NCBI GenBank assembly: GCA_009918675.1
Contig: RGDM01000003.1
Coordinates: 7,020 to 71,019 of the forward strand
From: a bacterium
Lineage (GTDB): Bacteria; Bdellovibrionota_B; Oligoflexia; Silvanigrellales; Silvanigrellaceae
Direction of reading: 5' to 3'
Length of the DNA stretch: 64,000 bases
In this document: positions 47,677-56,242 of the stretch, piece after piece
Numbering within the stretch: the first letter of the stretch is position 1
Layout: every line of letters begins with the position of its first letter
Position numbers and translations under genes: made by a program
The notes under the pieces: model-generated
Told to the model about the DNA's origin: nothing
Database searches by the model: none
The model's input: only the letters and a program-made list of their open reading frames with translations

Positions 47677-48982
47677 AGAGGATCCAGAAGATTTGTGCAG
47701 ACGCGTGATTTGTGAGTTCTTGCGAAGATGCTGCAAAGAGCGAGCTGAGTGGAACGAGAATCGGGCGACTGATGAGCGGATGTGACTCAAGGGAGCGAGG
47801 AAGTGCGCAGTCGATGAAGCCACACGCCTGAAGCGGCGAATGCAGAGAGTCCGCCAATTGAGCGCTTGAAGAGAATGCCCCCGCCAACAGGGTTTGACCC
47901 TGAAGAGACCCCACCTGAAGAGTGTTGTTAGTTGCAGGACTTTCCATCCGGGCCACCAGAGCCAACAAGCCAGCTTCAAAAGATTCCGGAATTTCGTATA
48001 ACCTTCCGAGCCAAGTCCAGGAGTGTTGCTCAAGCCTGATCAGTCTCTGTTGATCCTGCGCCGCCAAGACGTCCTTAGATTGATCATGCCTAGACAAATT
48101 TGCTTTTAATTGTTGATTTGCAGGAAAGAATTGATCAGCAATGCAGACTTTAATCTGCTGATTGATCAACACGCGCAGATGATCCGGTGAAGAATGAGAA
48201 GCGAGCGCCCGGGAGCATTTCAGATAGGACTCTGGCGTTCCAATATCAAACCAAGTCGCCTCAGGCGCCAGCGGGATGTGCACAATCGACTCGCCCTTGC
48301 GCAACGCGGCACGATAGAAAAGGTCAATGCTCGATTTCTTTTCAATCTTTGCTTGACTCAACAATAGGCCAGATATGATTTGGTGATTTGAAAAAACCCT
48401 TGCAGACCAGCCTTGTGATTGAGCTTCTTCAGCGCTTGCATCAGCACCGAAGCCGCAGACACGTGTGCCACTTTGATCGATCCAGGTGATATCTTTGCGC
48501 GGCTTGTCGAGTGGCAGGGTCACCATCAATGACGATTGATTGTTTGCGCGTTGACGCCATGCCTTCAGCATCGCATGGGTTGGAATATCAGCAACAATAT
48601 CGCCCGAAACAACGAGCGTGTCCCACATCTGGTTGTGACCCATCTCACTGCTGAGTTCATGGACCATGCGAGCAATTCCTCCGCCGGTTTCCAGAAGCTC
48701 AGGTTCGTTCCAAAAACGCAGTCTGCTGCTTGGCCATCCGCGCGAAACGCAGGCTGCTTTCAGTTGTCGCTCAAGCTCGGGCGCTAAATAGTGGGTGTTG
48801 CAATGCACAATTGGAAAGCCTGCAGACAAGAGCTGCTCGCCGTTGCGCAGAGCCGCCGGGACTGTGCCCACCGGAATGGCAGGTTTGGGAATCGCTGAGG
48901 TCAACGGACGCAATCGCGTTCCCAAACCCGCACACAAAACCACCCCATGCATTGTTTCTGCATTCACGCTTGTCCTCTCCAA
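47657..48982 (-). CDS. murU: Sugar-1-phosphate nucleotidyltransferase (MurU-like) with a ~200-aa uncharacterised C-terminal extension
   Basis: N-terminal GVVLCAGLGTRLRPLTSAIPKPAIPV (G-x-G-T-R-x-x-P...K). 441 aa against the ~220-230 I recall for MurU. An AmgK-like kinase gene lies 1.8 kb upstream on the same strand. Confidence 0.55.
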   Translation of the reverse strand: MERTSVNAETMHGVVLCAGLGTRLRPLTSAIPKPAIPVGTVPAALRNGEQLLSAGFPIVHCNTHYLAPELERQLKAACVSRGWPSSRLRFWNEPELLETGGGIARMVHELSSEMGHNQMWDTLVVSGDIVADIPTHAMLKAWRQRANNQSSLMVTLPLDKPRKDITWIDQSGTRVCGFGADASAEEAQSQGWSARVFSNHQIISGLLLSQAKIEKKSSIDLFYRAALRKGESIVHIPLAPEATWFDIGTPESYLKCSRALASHSSPDHLRVLINQQIKVCIADQFFPANQQLKANLSRHDQSKDVLAAQDQQRLIRLEQHSWTWLGRLYEIPESFEAGLLALVARMESPATNNTLQVGSLQGQTLLAGAFSSSAQLADSLHSPLQACGFIDCALPRSLESHPLISRPILVPLSSLFAASSQELTNHASAQIFWILFSPSQQ

Positions 48983-49052
48983 ATGCTGAGGGATGCCTAG
49001 TCAAACCGAGCAGTGATGACTGCCCCTCTGGATCAAACCTACGAGCCTCTTG

Positions 49053-49065
49053 CTGGACAGTCCAG
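49053..49065. promoter_or_regulatory. Palindrome CTGGAC-A-GTCCAG in a divergent promoter region (possible operator)
   Basis: 6-bp inverted repeat between the murU-like start (48982) and the XRE-HTH gene start. Confidence 0.2.
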
Positions 49066-49095
49066 AATAGGCGTGATTAAACATGACATAGATCA

Positions 49096-49785
49096 GTGCA
49101 TTTGATTGACGTTAGCGCCGAGATTTTCAAAATGTCGACTTCCACTTCACACCCACGATTGCCTGATTTCCTTGAGGGTGTGGCTCGCTATCTTTCAAGT
49201 TTTCGCGCGCGCGAGGGGTTGACGCAAAATGAAATGGCGATTCGCTTGGGCTTATCGCTCAATCGCTACCGCGACTTCGAACAAAACACGACCGACAATT
49301 CCAAAGGTATTGCTCTCGATCTTCTTCTTAAAATCGCCGACCTCGAAGGTTTTGAACTTCCGCAATTTATGAGCCGCATTGGTGCCATGGAGCAACAAAC
49401 CGTTTCGGGTGCAACGCTCGAGCCCTGGCAAGAGAAACTGCTCAATTATTTCGCAGAAGTTTCTATTGAGGAGCGAGACCAATTTCTTCAGGTGCTCGAA
49501 AATCCCACCCGACCTGATGAGCGGGCTTTGCAAGTCGCAACCCGCCGAACCGACGAAACCCGTGAGCCATTAATGCCTCGTCGCGTGCGATGGTGGGTCA
49601 GGGTGGGCGTGCTGCTTTGTCAGCTTCCCTACGACACAAGACTCCGATTTGAGAGGCAGGTTCTTGAAGATTTTATCGACTTCAAAAAACCACACGGAGA
49701 AGATCTGCAATCACAGCAAGTTATCGAGCGATTGCGCGAGCTTTTGAAACACTACTTCACCCATTTTGACCTGATGCGACGTTGA
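49096..49785 (+). CDS. XRE-family HTH protein with an unknown C-terminal domain
   Basis: REGLTQNEMAIRLGLSLNRYRDFEQ is a Cro/C1-type HTH. Start is GTG 49096 or ATG 49132 (MSTSTSHPRL...). Confidence 0.65.
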   Translation: MHLIDVSAEIFKMSTSTSHPRLPDFLEGVARYLSSFRAREGLTQNEMAIRLGLSLNRYRDFEQNTTDNSKGIALDLLLKIADLEGFELPQFMSRIGAMEQQTVSGATLEPWQEKLLNYFAEVSIEERDQFLQVLENPTRPDERALQVATRRTDETREPLMPRRVRWWVRVGVLLCQLPYDTRLRFERQVLEDFIDFKKPHGEDLQSQQVIERLRELLKHYFTHFDLMRR

Positions 49786-49887
49786 CGTTTGTAGACGCTT
49801 GGTGGGCCGCAACTTGCGGGTCCTGATTGTCCATGTTACATGTTTGGTCGACCGGCCAATTAATTATCTGGACGTCAGGGGGACCAC

Positions 49888-50442
49888 GTGACGAATACGT
49901 TGCCAAGGCTACTTGTCAGCGAGCAGGTGCATCCGCAACTGTATCGCTTTATCAAGCACCATCCAGAGCTCATTGAAGTGTTTCACAATGTCGTAGCTGA
50001 CCGTCCGTTGCATACGGGCGTTCTTCTCGCTCAATCGGGTGACTCAGAAATCGTCAAGATGTACATTGAAAACCTTCACATCCCCCTTCTTGTGCAACAC
50101 GAAGCCATCCGCGTTTCAAAAAAGCATCAGTGTGGATTCGAAGTCGTGGTTCAGGGACTTGATTTCATGGGTCACGACTCAATTTCAGCAGCTCTGGTTG
50201 CCGCTGATCGCGCTACGGCGTTGTCGAAAATTGCATCGATAAAAGATACCTCTGAGAACAGTTTGTATTGCTATTATCATGGCGTTGGTGAAAGTGTTCG
50301 AGCATCCGAAGCACTGCTTGAAGATATTCGGCAACTCGTATTGAAGCACGCAGAGAATCCGGGACAAGCAGAGCCGGGCGAACAAAACTCTGCTTTTGAT
50401 ATTGTCATTTCTGGGAGGATTACGCGCCATGACAAAGCATAA
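49888..50442 (+). CDS. Hypothetical protein
   Basis: GTG start preceded by CAGGGGGA. 184 aa with no recognisable motif. Confidence 0.5.
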   Translation: MTNTLPRLLVSEQVHPQLYRFIKHHPELIEVFHNVVADRPLHTGVLLAQSGDSEIVKMYIENLHIPLLVQHEAIRVSKKHQCGFEVVVQGLDFMGHDSISAALVAADRATALSKIASIKDTSENSLYCYYHGVGESVRASEALLEDIRQLVLKHAENPGQAEPGEQNSAFDIVISGRITRHDKA

Positions 50443-50770
50443 TTCATTGCACCGCGTCGTGTTGCTTTGCCTCGTGATTTTGCAGGGAGTCGTGAGTGCG
50501 ACTGCACTTGCTGGGAGTATCGTTATCAACAATCCACCCGGTGCAAAGCGCCTCGCTTATTCCGACAACGATCGCTCGGTTGAATTGGAATTGACTTGGT
50601 CTGACATCGAAGTCATTGCTGGAGTGAAGCGTTGGCTTGACAATAAGTATGGAGCTCAGCGCAGCGATTATCCGTTTATGATCGACCAGCAGAGCAAAAC
50701 TGTATCTATTCTCGTCGATCGTTCTGCCAATCGATATGAAGTCGTCAGCTTTGATCAGCTTCCCAAATGA
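50429..50770 (+). CDS. Small secreted hypothetical protein
   Basis: ATG 50429 preceded by GGGAGGA. Signal peptide MTKHNSLHRVVLLCLVILQGVVSATALA. Overlaps the upstream gene by 14 nt. Confidence 0.55.
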   Translation: MTKHNSLHRVVLLCLVILQGVVSATALAGSIVINNPPGAKRLAYSDNDRSVELELTWSDIEVIAGVKRWLDNKYGAQRSDYPFMIDQQSKTVSILVDRSANRYEVVSFDQLPK

Positions 50771-50779
50771 AAGGGTTGA

Positions 50780-51943
50780 TCAGAAGGTTTCAAGAACTCC
50801 ATAGGCCCTGAGCTTGGCTTCAAAAAGCTCTCTCCTACGCCCCGAGAGGATTTCCGACAAGAATTCTATTGTTGCTGGAAATGCATCGGCGATTCTCATT
50901 CCAGATTCTTTTGAAAAATCATCTGTAATAATCGTTTCAATCGTGTTCTTAACGTACTTCAAATAGCCCGTCTTTTGTTTTTGAGTGGCGAGGTAGCCAA
51001 AGCTGCCGAGCGCTTTAATGTTCCGCTGCAATCCCATCAACGATGCTTCGTGGAAAAGACTCTCGTTGCTTATCGTCGCCTTGCCATCGCTCACTCGCGC
51101 TTTGTTGAGTTTGCTTCCGTAAAACTTGAGAAGTGAGGATCGGGTTGCGGGCGTGATGCGCATGTAGCTATCGCGCAGCAAACTCACAACATCATAGGTA
51201 TGTGGACCCATGCGTGCGTCTTGGAAATCGATCCAACGCACGTTACCACCCACAACCATGACGTTGCGAACGTGATAATCTCTGTGACAAAGAACTCGCT
51301 CTGCGCCATGGAGCATCGTGCAGAGTGATTCAAGTTCTTTTGTGAGCTCTGCATCTTTTGAATCTTGGCTCGTGAAAGGGAGACCAAGCCAGCCTTTGAT
51401 GAAATGCGTCGCAAAGAAATTCATCTCGAACATCAACTTTTCAAAATCAAAAGCACGCTCTTGGGCGGGGTGTGTCAACAATGTTCTGCGTGGATATTGC
51501 ACCTGAACAAGAAGCTCGAGTGCTTCTTTATAAAAGCCAAGTGTTGCCTTGCATTCGGTGTCCTGTTCGTCGAGGGTGCGCTCGCCCAATTTAAAATTGA
51601 GAAAGTTGTCTCCGAAGTCTTCGGTCCAAATACAAGCATTTTGCTCATCAACGTGAAGAATGCGCGGAACTGGAATCCCAATTCCAACCAAGGCCGCTTG
51701 CATGCCAAGCCAGCTCAATGGATCTCCGCCGTAGCCGCCCTCCCACTTTGGAAACTTCATACAAATTGCATTTAAATCCCGGCTTGCAAGGCGATAAAAT
51801 TTTCGGTCGCTTGCATCTCCTGCTATCAAGGTCAGCGCACTTTCACTGGCTTTGTGGCCTTGTTCGTGCTCTTTCAAAATAGATTCAAAGTCGATTTGCT
51901 TTGACACATCTGGACTCGCAATGTTTATAGCTGCGTTCATCAT
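50780..51943 (-). CDS. amgK: APH-fold sugar kinase, AmgK-like (anomeric MurNAc/GlcNAc kinase family)
   Basis: GDASDRKFYRL, catalytic loop HRDYHVRNVMV, and IDFQDARMGPHTYDVVSLLRDSY. Paired with a MurU-like gene on the same strand. Confidence 0.6.
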   Translation of the reverse strand: MMNAAINIASPDVSKQIDFESILKEHEQGHKASESALTLIAGDASDRKFYRLASRDLNAICMKFPKWEGGYGGDPLSWLGMQAALVGIGIPVPRILHVDEQNACIWTEDFGDNFLNFKLGERTLDEQDTECKATLGFYKEALELLVQVQYPRRTLLTHPAQERAFDFEKLMFEMNFFATHFIKGWLGLPFTSQDSKDAELTKELESLCTMLHGAERVLCHRDYHVRNVMVVGGNVRWIDFQDARMGPHTYDVVSLLRDSYMRITPATRSSLLKFYGSKLNKARVSDGKATISNESLFHEASLMGLQRNIKALGSFGYLATQKQKTGYLKYVKNTIETIITDDFSKESGMRIADAFPATIEFLSEILSGRRRELFEAKLRAYGVLETF

Positions 51944-52087
51944 AACTACGTTCCGCTCAAGGCTGACAAGCCTTTATTGGGCTGCCAACAATTTCATTCA
52001 AGTCTCTGTGGTAGACGATTCAATCTTACCCGACTCTGGTATAGTCCGCATCGCGTCAAAGATCGTGCTTGGGAGGATTAAGGCAAA

Positions 52088-54547
52088 ATGCAGACGATCC
52101 AGGTAAAAGGTGCACATGAGCACAATTTGCAGTCGGTCGATGTCGAGATTCCAAAAAACAAACTTGTTGCGTTTACAGGCGTCAGCGGTTCTGGAAAATC
52201 GAGTCTGGTTTTTGATACGCTCTATGTTGAGGCGTTTCGTAGATTCGCGGATGCCAGTCATGCTCCTGTCCAGCTGATGGGGCATTCGTTCTGGTCGCGA
52301 ACCTCGCGACCCAAGTTTCAAGCCATTCGAGGATTGCCGCCTGCGCTTGGTTTGTCGCAAAGGCAAGGTGTTGCTGGAAAGCTCTCAACTGTTGGAACAA
52401 TTTCAGGTGTCAGCGATCTTCTCCGCGTTTACTTTGCTGCGTTTGGTGATGTGCATTGCCGAAACTGCGATATCCCGTTGCGTGCAACCCCATTCAAGGA
52501 ACTTATCACGCAGATTGAGGAGCTTTTTGCCGGACAAAAAGTAACTGTGGTTGCCCCTATCGTCGAGAAGCGTAAGGGCGCCTTCCGTGATGAAATTGAA
52601 AAGTTTCGTCAGCTTGGATTCTCAAAGATACGCGTCAATGGCGAATCTTATTCACTTCAAGATGAAGACGAGCGGATCAGCATCGACGCGAAAAAACTCA
52701 ATACCATAGAAGTCCTCATTGATGCTCTTCAGGTTGTCCCCGAGCGGCGTGCGCGGCTCGAGCGCGCGGTTGGACAAGCAATCGAATATGGGCAGGGTGT
52801 GGTCAAAATTGAAGAGAAGTCTGTTCAGCAGAAATTCAACACAAAATCGGCGTGCCCACAATGCGGTGAAAGTGCACCTCGACTTGATCCGCGCTATTTT
52901 AGCCACTCTTCGCTTGCTCAGTGCACGACATGTGCGGGGACGGGAGCTGAAGATGAAGATAAGCCAGCCGATTTATTTCCATGTAAGAAATGTTCCGGCT
53001 CACGACTGACCCACAACCGCCCCATTGTGCGTGTGCAAAATCTTCGATTCGAGCAGCTGCATCAAGCAAAATTGCACGACCTCCTGCATCATCTAAAGAC
53101 CAGCTTTGTTCCCGACGCCGGCAGCCAACGTGCAAAAGTCCAAGTTCTCTCTGAGGCGCTGAGACTCGTCGAGACAATGTGTCGATTGGGATTAGAGCAT
53201 CTCAATTTAAATCGGGAAGGGGCGAGTTTGTCGCCAGGAGATCTGCAACGTCTTCGCCTGGCGTCGATGATTTCCAACCAGCTGCGCGGCGCCTTGTATA
53301 TCATGGATGAGCCTTGTCAGGGACTCACCTCAAAGGAAGTGCAAAAGCTTGTGGGTGTTCTTCGCGGACTTGTTGATCATGGCTCTTCGGTCTTGGTTGT
53401 TGAGCATCATCCGCAATTTTTGAAACACTGCGACGAAGTCTTTTTGATGGGTCCGGGTGCAGGTCGTTTGGGTGGGCAAATTGTTTCCTGCTTTCAGGGT
53501 GAATCACAGATCCAAGATATGTTGTTGAAAAAAGAGCAGGCGTTATTCGACTCTGCAAGCAATATTGATCTCACACAAACTTTGCGCACGGCAAATGCAT
53601 TGGGACTCCGGCGTCGCAAAGCATCGTCGGAAGAATCCGAGCAACAAAAACCAGGTGCACTGATTTTTGAAGATATCCGCGTGCGAACTGCAAAGAAGGC
53701 AAAGCTCCGTATTCCGCAGGCAAGTTTGACTCTCATTCGTGGCGAAGCGGGCCGCGGCAAAGGGTCTTTTATTGAGCTTTGTGTTTGGCCTGCACTTGAG
53801 AAATATATTGAAAGCGAGCGTGTGAGCGCGCGGGAATTGCCGTTTTGTCGGGTGAGCCCTGACGGACACATTGAGGTCAATTCGTTGCATGATATTCGCC
53901 CTGGAAGCCTTGTCCGGACCTCACGACGCACGGTTGCCGCTGCTCTTGACGTACTCGTTCCTATCCGCGAAATTTTCGCCCAACTTCCACAAAGCCAAAT
54001 CATGGGACTCACACCCTCACATTTTTCTTGGAATTCAAAGCAAGGCCGCTGCCCTTCATGTGAAGGACGCGGCTATATTGAAATCCCTCAGCGCTTTGGT
54101 CCGCCGGTTGAGGTGAGTTGCGAAGAATGCTTGGGCACCAAACTTTCGCAGCGCAGCCTCGTCCCTCGCTTCAAAGGTTTAAACCTGGCAGAAATAATGA
54201 ATCTCACACTCGAAGAGGCGAGACAGTTTTTCGCACATGTTCGCTCCATCGAAGCACGACTTGCATCTGCGCTCGAATTTGGCTTGGGCTATGTCACCAT
54301 GGGGCAGGGTATGGATTCACTCAGCGGCGGAGAGCTCCAGCGTTTGACTCTCACCCTGGAGCTTCGCCGCGCTCAATTGCAGGGAGCATGGTTCCTGCTG
54401 TTGCATCCAGGGACAGGTTTGCACACCCCCGACATTGCAACGCTAGGTCGTTTGCTCCGCATGATGGTTTCTCGGGGTGCAAGCTTTGTCGTGCTCGAGA
54501 ACCGGGAAGAGTTCCTTCGCTTTGCTGATCAGGTTGTTGAGTTCTAG
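52088..54547 (+). CDS. uvrA: UvrA-like ABC ATPase paralogue (no insertion domain, degenerate C-terminal ATP site)
   Basis: MQTIQVKGAHEHNLQSVDVEIPKNKLVAFTGVSGSGKSSLVFDTLY parallels the UvrA N-terminus. Zn-module CxxC pairs and LSGGELQR are present. 819 aa; details in findings. Confidence 0.85.
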   Translation: MQTIQVKGAHEHNLQSVDVEIPKNKLVAFTGVSGSGKSSLVFDTLYVEAFRRFADASHAPVQLMGHSFWSRTSRPKFQAIRGLPPALGLSQRQGVAGKLSTVGTISGVSDLLRVYFAAFGDVHCRNCDIPLRATPFKELITQIEELFAGQKVTVVAPIVEKRKGAFRDEIEKFRQLGFSKIRVNGESYSLQDEDERISIDAKKLNTIEVLIDALQVVPERRARLERAVGQAIEYGQGVVKIEEKSVQQKFNTKSACPQCGESAPRLDPRYFSHSSLAQCTTCAGTGAEDEDKPADLFPCKKCSGSRLTHNRPIVRVQNLRFEQLHQAKLHDLLHHLKTSFVPDAGSQRAKVQVLSEALRLVETMCRLGLEHLNLNREGASLSPGDLQRLRLASMISNQLRGALYIMDEPCQGLTSKEVQKLVGVLRGLVDHGSSVLVVEHHPQFLKHCDEVFLMGPGAGRLGGQIVSCFQGESQIQDMLLKKEQALFDSASNIDLTQTLRTANALGLRRRKASSEESEQQKPGALIFEDIRVRTAKKAKLRIPQASLTLIRGEAGRGKGSFIELCVWPALEKYIESERVSARELPFCRVSPDGHIEVNSLHDIRPGSLVRTSRRTVAAALDVLVPIREIFAQLPQSQIMGLTPSHFSWNSKQGRCPSCEGRGYIEIPQRFGPPVEVSCEECLGTKLSQRSLVPRFKGLNLAEIMNLTLEEARQFFAHVRSIEARLASALEFGLGYVTMGQGMDSLSGGELQRLTLTLELRRAQLQGAWFLLLHPGTGLHTPDIATLGRLLRMMVSRGASFVVLENREEFLRFADQVVEF

Positions 54548-54679
54548 GTGGCCGAATTTGCCGACTCGAAATTTCCTGCTGGCGCTGCGCATTGACGACC
54601 CTCGCTCAGTGAACATTTGTCTCTCACCGATACCCCTCCAAGGTTGTTAAATTGAAAGCAACCGGAAGGAGTAGAGTCC

Positions 54680-56242
54680 ATGGTTGAGCGTCGCGGGAAT
54701 AGATTTTATCCACATGCTAATCTCAGTGCCTCTGGAACTTTCAACCCAGAGATCGCTGAACTCACAAAGACTTTTGAGCACGCATTCGCGCGCGGAGACC
54801 TCAAAGCGAGCGATATCAAAAACGCGCTGCGTTGTTGTGAGCTCCTGTTTTGGAAGGGTGCATGGGATCGCGTCGAAGATATCGCCTCGCGCGCAATAGC
54901 CACGGGATGCGGTTATCGGGCCACGTTTAGATTCTATCGCTTTTGGATAGAATCACTTCGCTCAGACTACAATCTCTCCTCTTTAAGGACTCTCGGACGC
55001 CACTTGTTCAGCCTGCGTCATTCTTCAAAATCATTTTTGCCATTAGCTGTTCTTGCTTTTACCTACTCTGGTGATCGTCGCTTTAGCGCACGGATTCTGA
55101 AATCTATTAATGCAACGGGCGCAAGCCGCAGCATCACTCATGTTGAGGCCTTTGCGGTTTTCAATGCCGAGTCACCGCGCCGCAATTGCCGCGAAAAAGG
55201 TCTTCAATATCTGCAAGCATTAAATGTAAAGAACAAGACGAATTATTTCTTGGCCCGCAATTATTTGGTTTACGCTCTCGAGAACGATTATCTTGAAGAA
55301 GCATCGCGCGCCTTTGAACTTATTCATGAGCGCTTTCCACGCTGTCCAGAGCCTTTTTGGGGCGCTGCACGCTTGGCGGTGGCACAAGGACATTGGAACG
55401 AAGCAGCACGCGTGTTGCAGGAACTCGTTGCCGATCACCCAGACAACACAGATGCCCTCATTGCCCTTGCAAGTTGCCTTGAGAAAACCGGCGATCTGTT
55501 GGCTGCACGCGATATCTTGGTGTCATCACAATCACTCTTTGAAAGCAACGACTACGATTTCAATGCAACGCTTGGTGCTCTGAGCAAGCGGTTGTTTGAT
55601 CGCTATGGTATGGAAGAACATCGTGATGAAGCAATTCGAGCGTTTTCTCAAGCAGTCAATGCAGCAGAGAAACTTGGACTTTCGGAAGCGCCTCTGCATG
55701 TTGCTCTGAACGATTTAGGTGCGGGTCGGTTTTGGCACGATACGAATCGTCCAGGATTGAAACAATCCTCAAAATCGAATTCAGAATCTGCATCTGCGGC
55801 TCCACGTGCGTGGATTCTATCGGCTGAAGATCACGATGTAGCGAATTTTCGCAAACACTCAAATCTTCTCATGAGAAGCCCAGACTCGGTGCATAAGGGC
55901 GACCTTGTTCTGGTGGCGCGTCGATTTGGTAGCGACGATTGGCGGAGCGGGCAGCAACAGATTGTTGGTGTGATGTGTGCCATGAGCGATGTGACACCAG
56001 ATGCCCGCTATGGCTATGCAGTTTGCGTGGGTCGCTTTCAGGAGCTTGAAACACCTATCGATCTTCAGTTGGGTCGGGAAACCAGCGCGCTGCTCGACTT
56101 TTTTGGCTGTGAAAATTTCTCCGCTCAATCGCCCGTCTTTTTTCTCGACGCAGATCCCAAGACAAGTGAATCAATAGTCCGCGCCGTCGAGAGATCGCTC
56201 CGTCTTGCAGGTCCGGCAGGGGCTTTGCAGAATGTCGTTTAA
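54680..56242 (+). CDS. TPR-repeat protein with a C-terminal PUA-like (EVE/ASCH-type?) domain
   Basis: TPR-like helices, e.g. WNEAARVLQELVADHPDNTDALIALASCLEKTGDLLAARDIL. The last ~145 aa are PRAWILSAEDHDVANFRKHSNLLMRSPDSVHKGDLVLVARR...IVGVMCAMSDV. RBS GGAAGGAG. Confidence 0.55.
   Translation: MVERRGNRFYPHANLSASGTFNPEIAELTKTFEHAFARGDLKASDIKNALRCCELLFWKGAWDRVEDIASRAIATGCGYRATFRFYRFWIESLRSDYNLSSLRTLGRHLFSLRHSSKSFLPLAVLAFTYSGDRRFSARILKSINATGASRSITHVEAFAVFNAESPRRNCREKGLQYLQALNVKNKTNYFLARNYLVYALENDYLEEASRAFELIHERFPRCPEPFWGAARLAVAQGHWNEAARVLQELVADHPDNTDALIALASCLEKTGDLLAARDILVSSQSLFESNDYDFNATLGALSKRLFDRYGMEEHRDEAIRAFSQAVNAAEKLGLSEAPLHVALNDLGAGRFWHDTNRPGLKQSSKSNSESASAAPRAWILSAEDHDVANFRKHSNLLMRSPDSVHKGDLVLVARRFGSDDWRSGQQQIVGVMCAMSDVTPDARYGYAVCVGRFQELETPIDLQLGRETSALLDFFGCENFSAQSPVFFLDADPKTSESIVRAVERSLRLAGPAGALQNVV

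Noticed and set aside
54706-54714. Perfect DnaA-box 9-mer TTATCCACA
   Set aside because: It is a single copy inside a coding region. One perfect 9-mer is roughly expected by chance in 64 kb counting both strands. There is no cluster, no AT-rich unwinding element and no dnaA/dnaN nearby.
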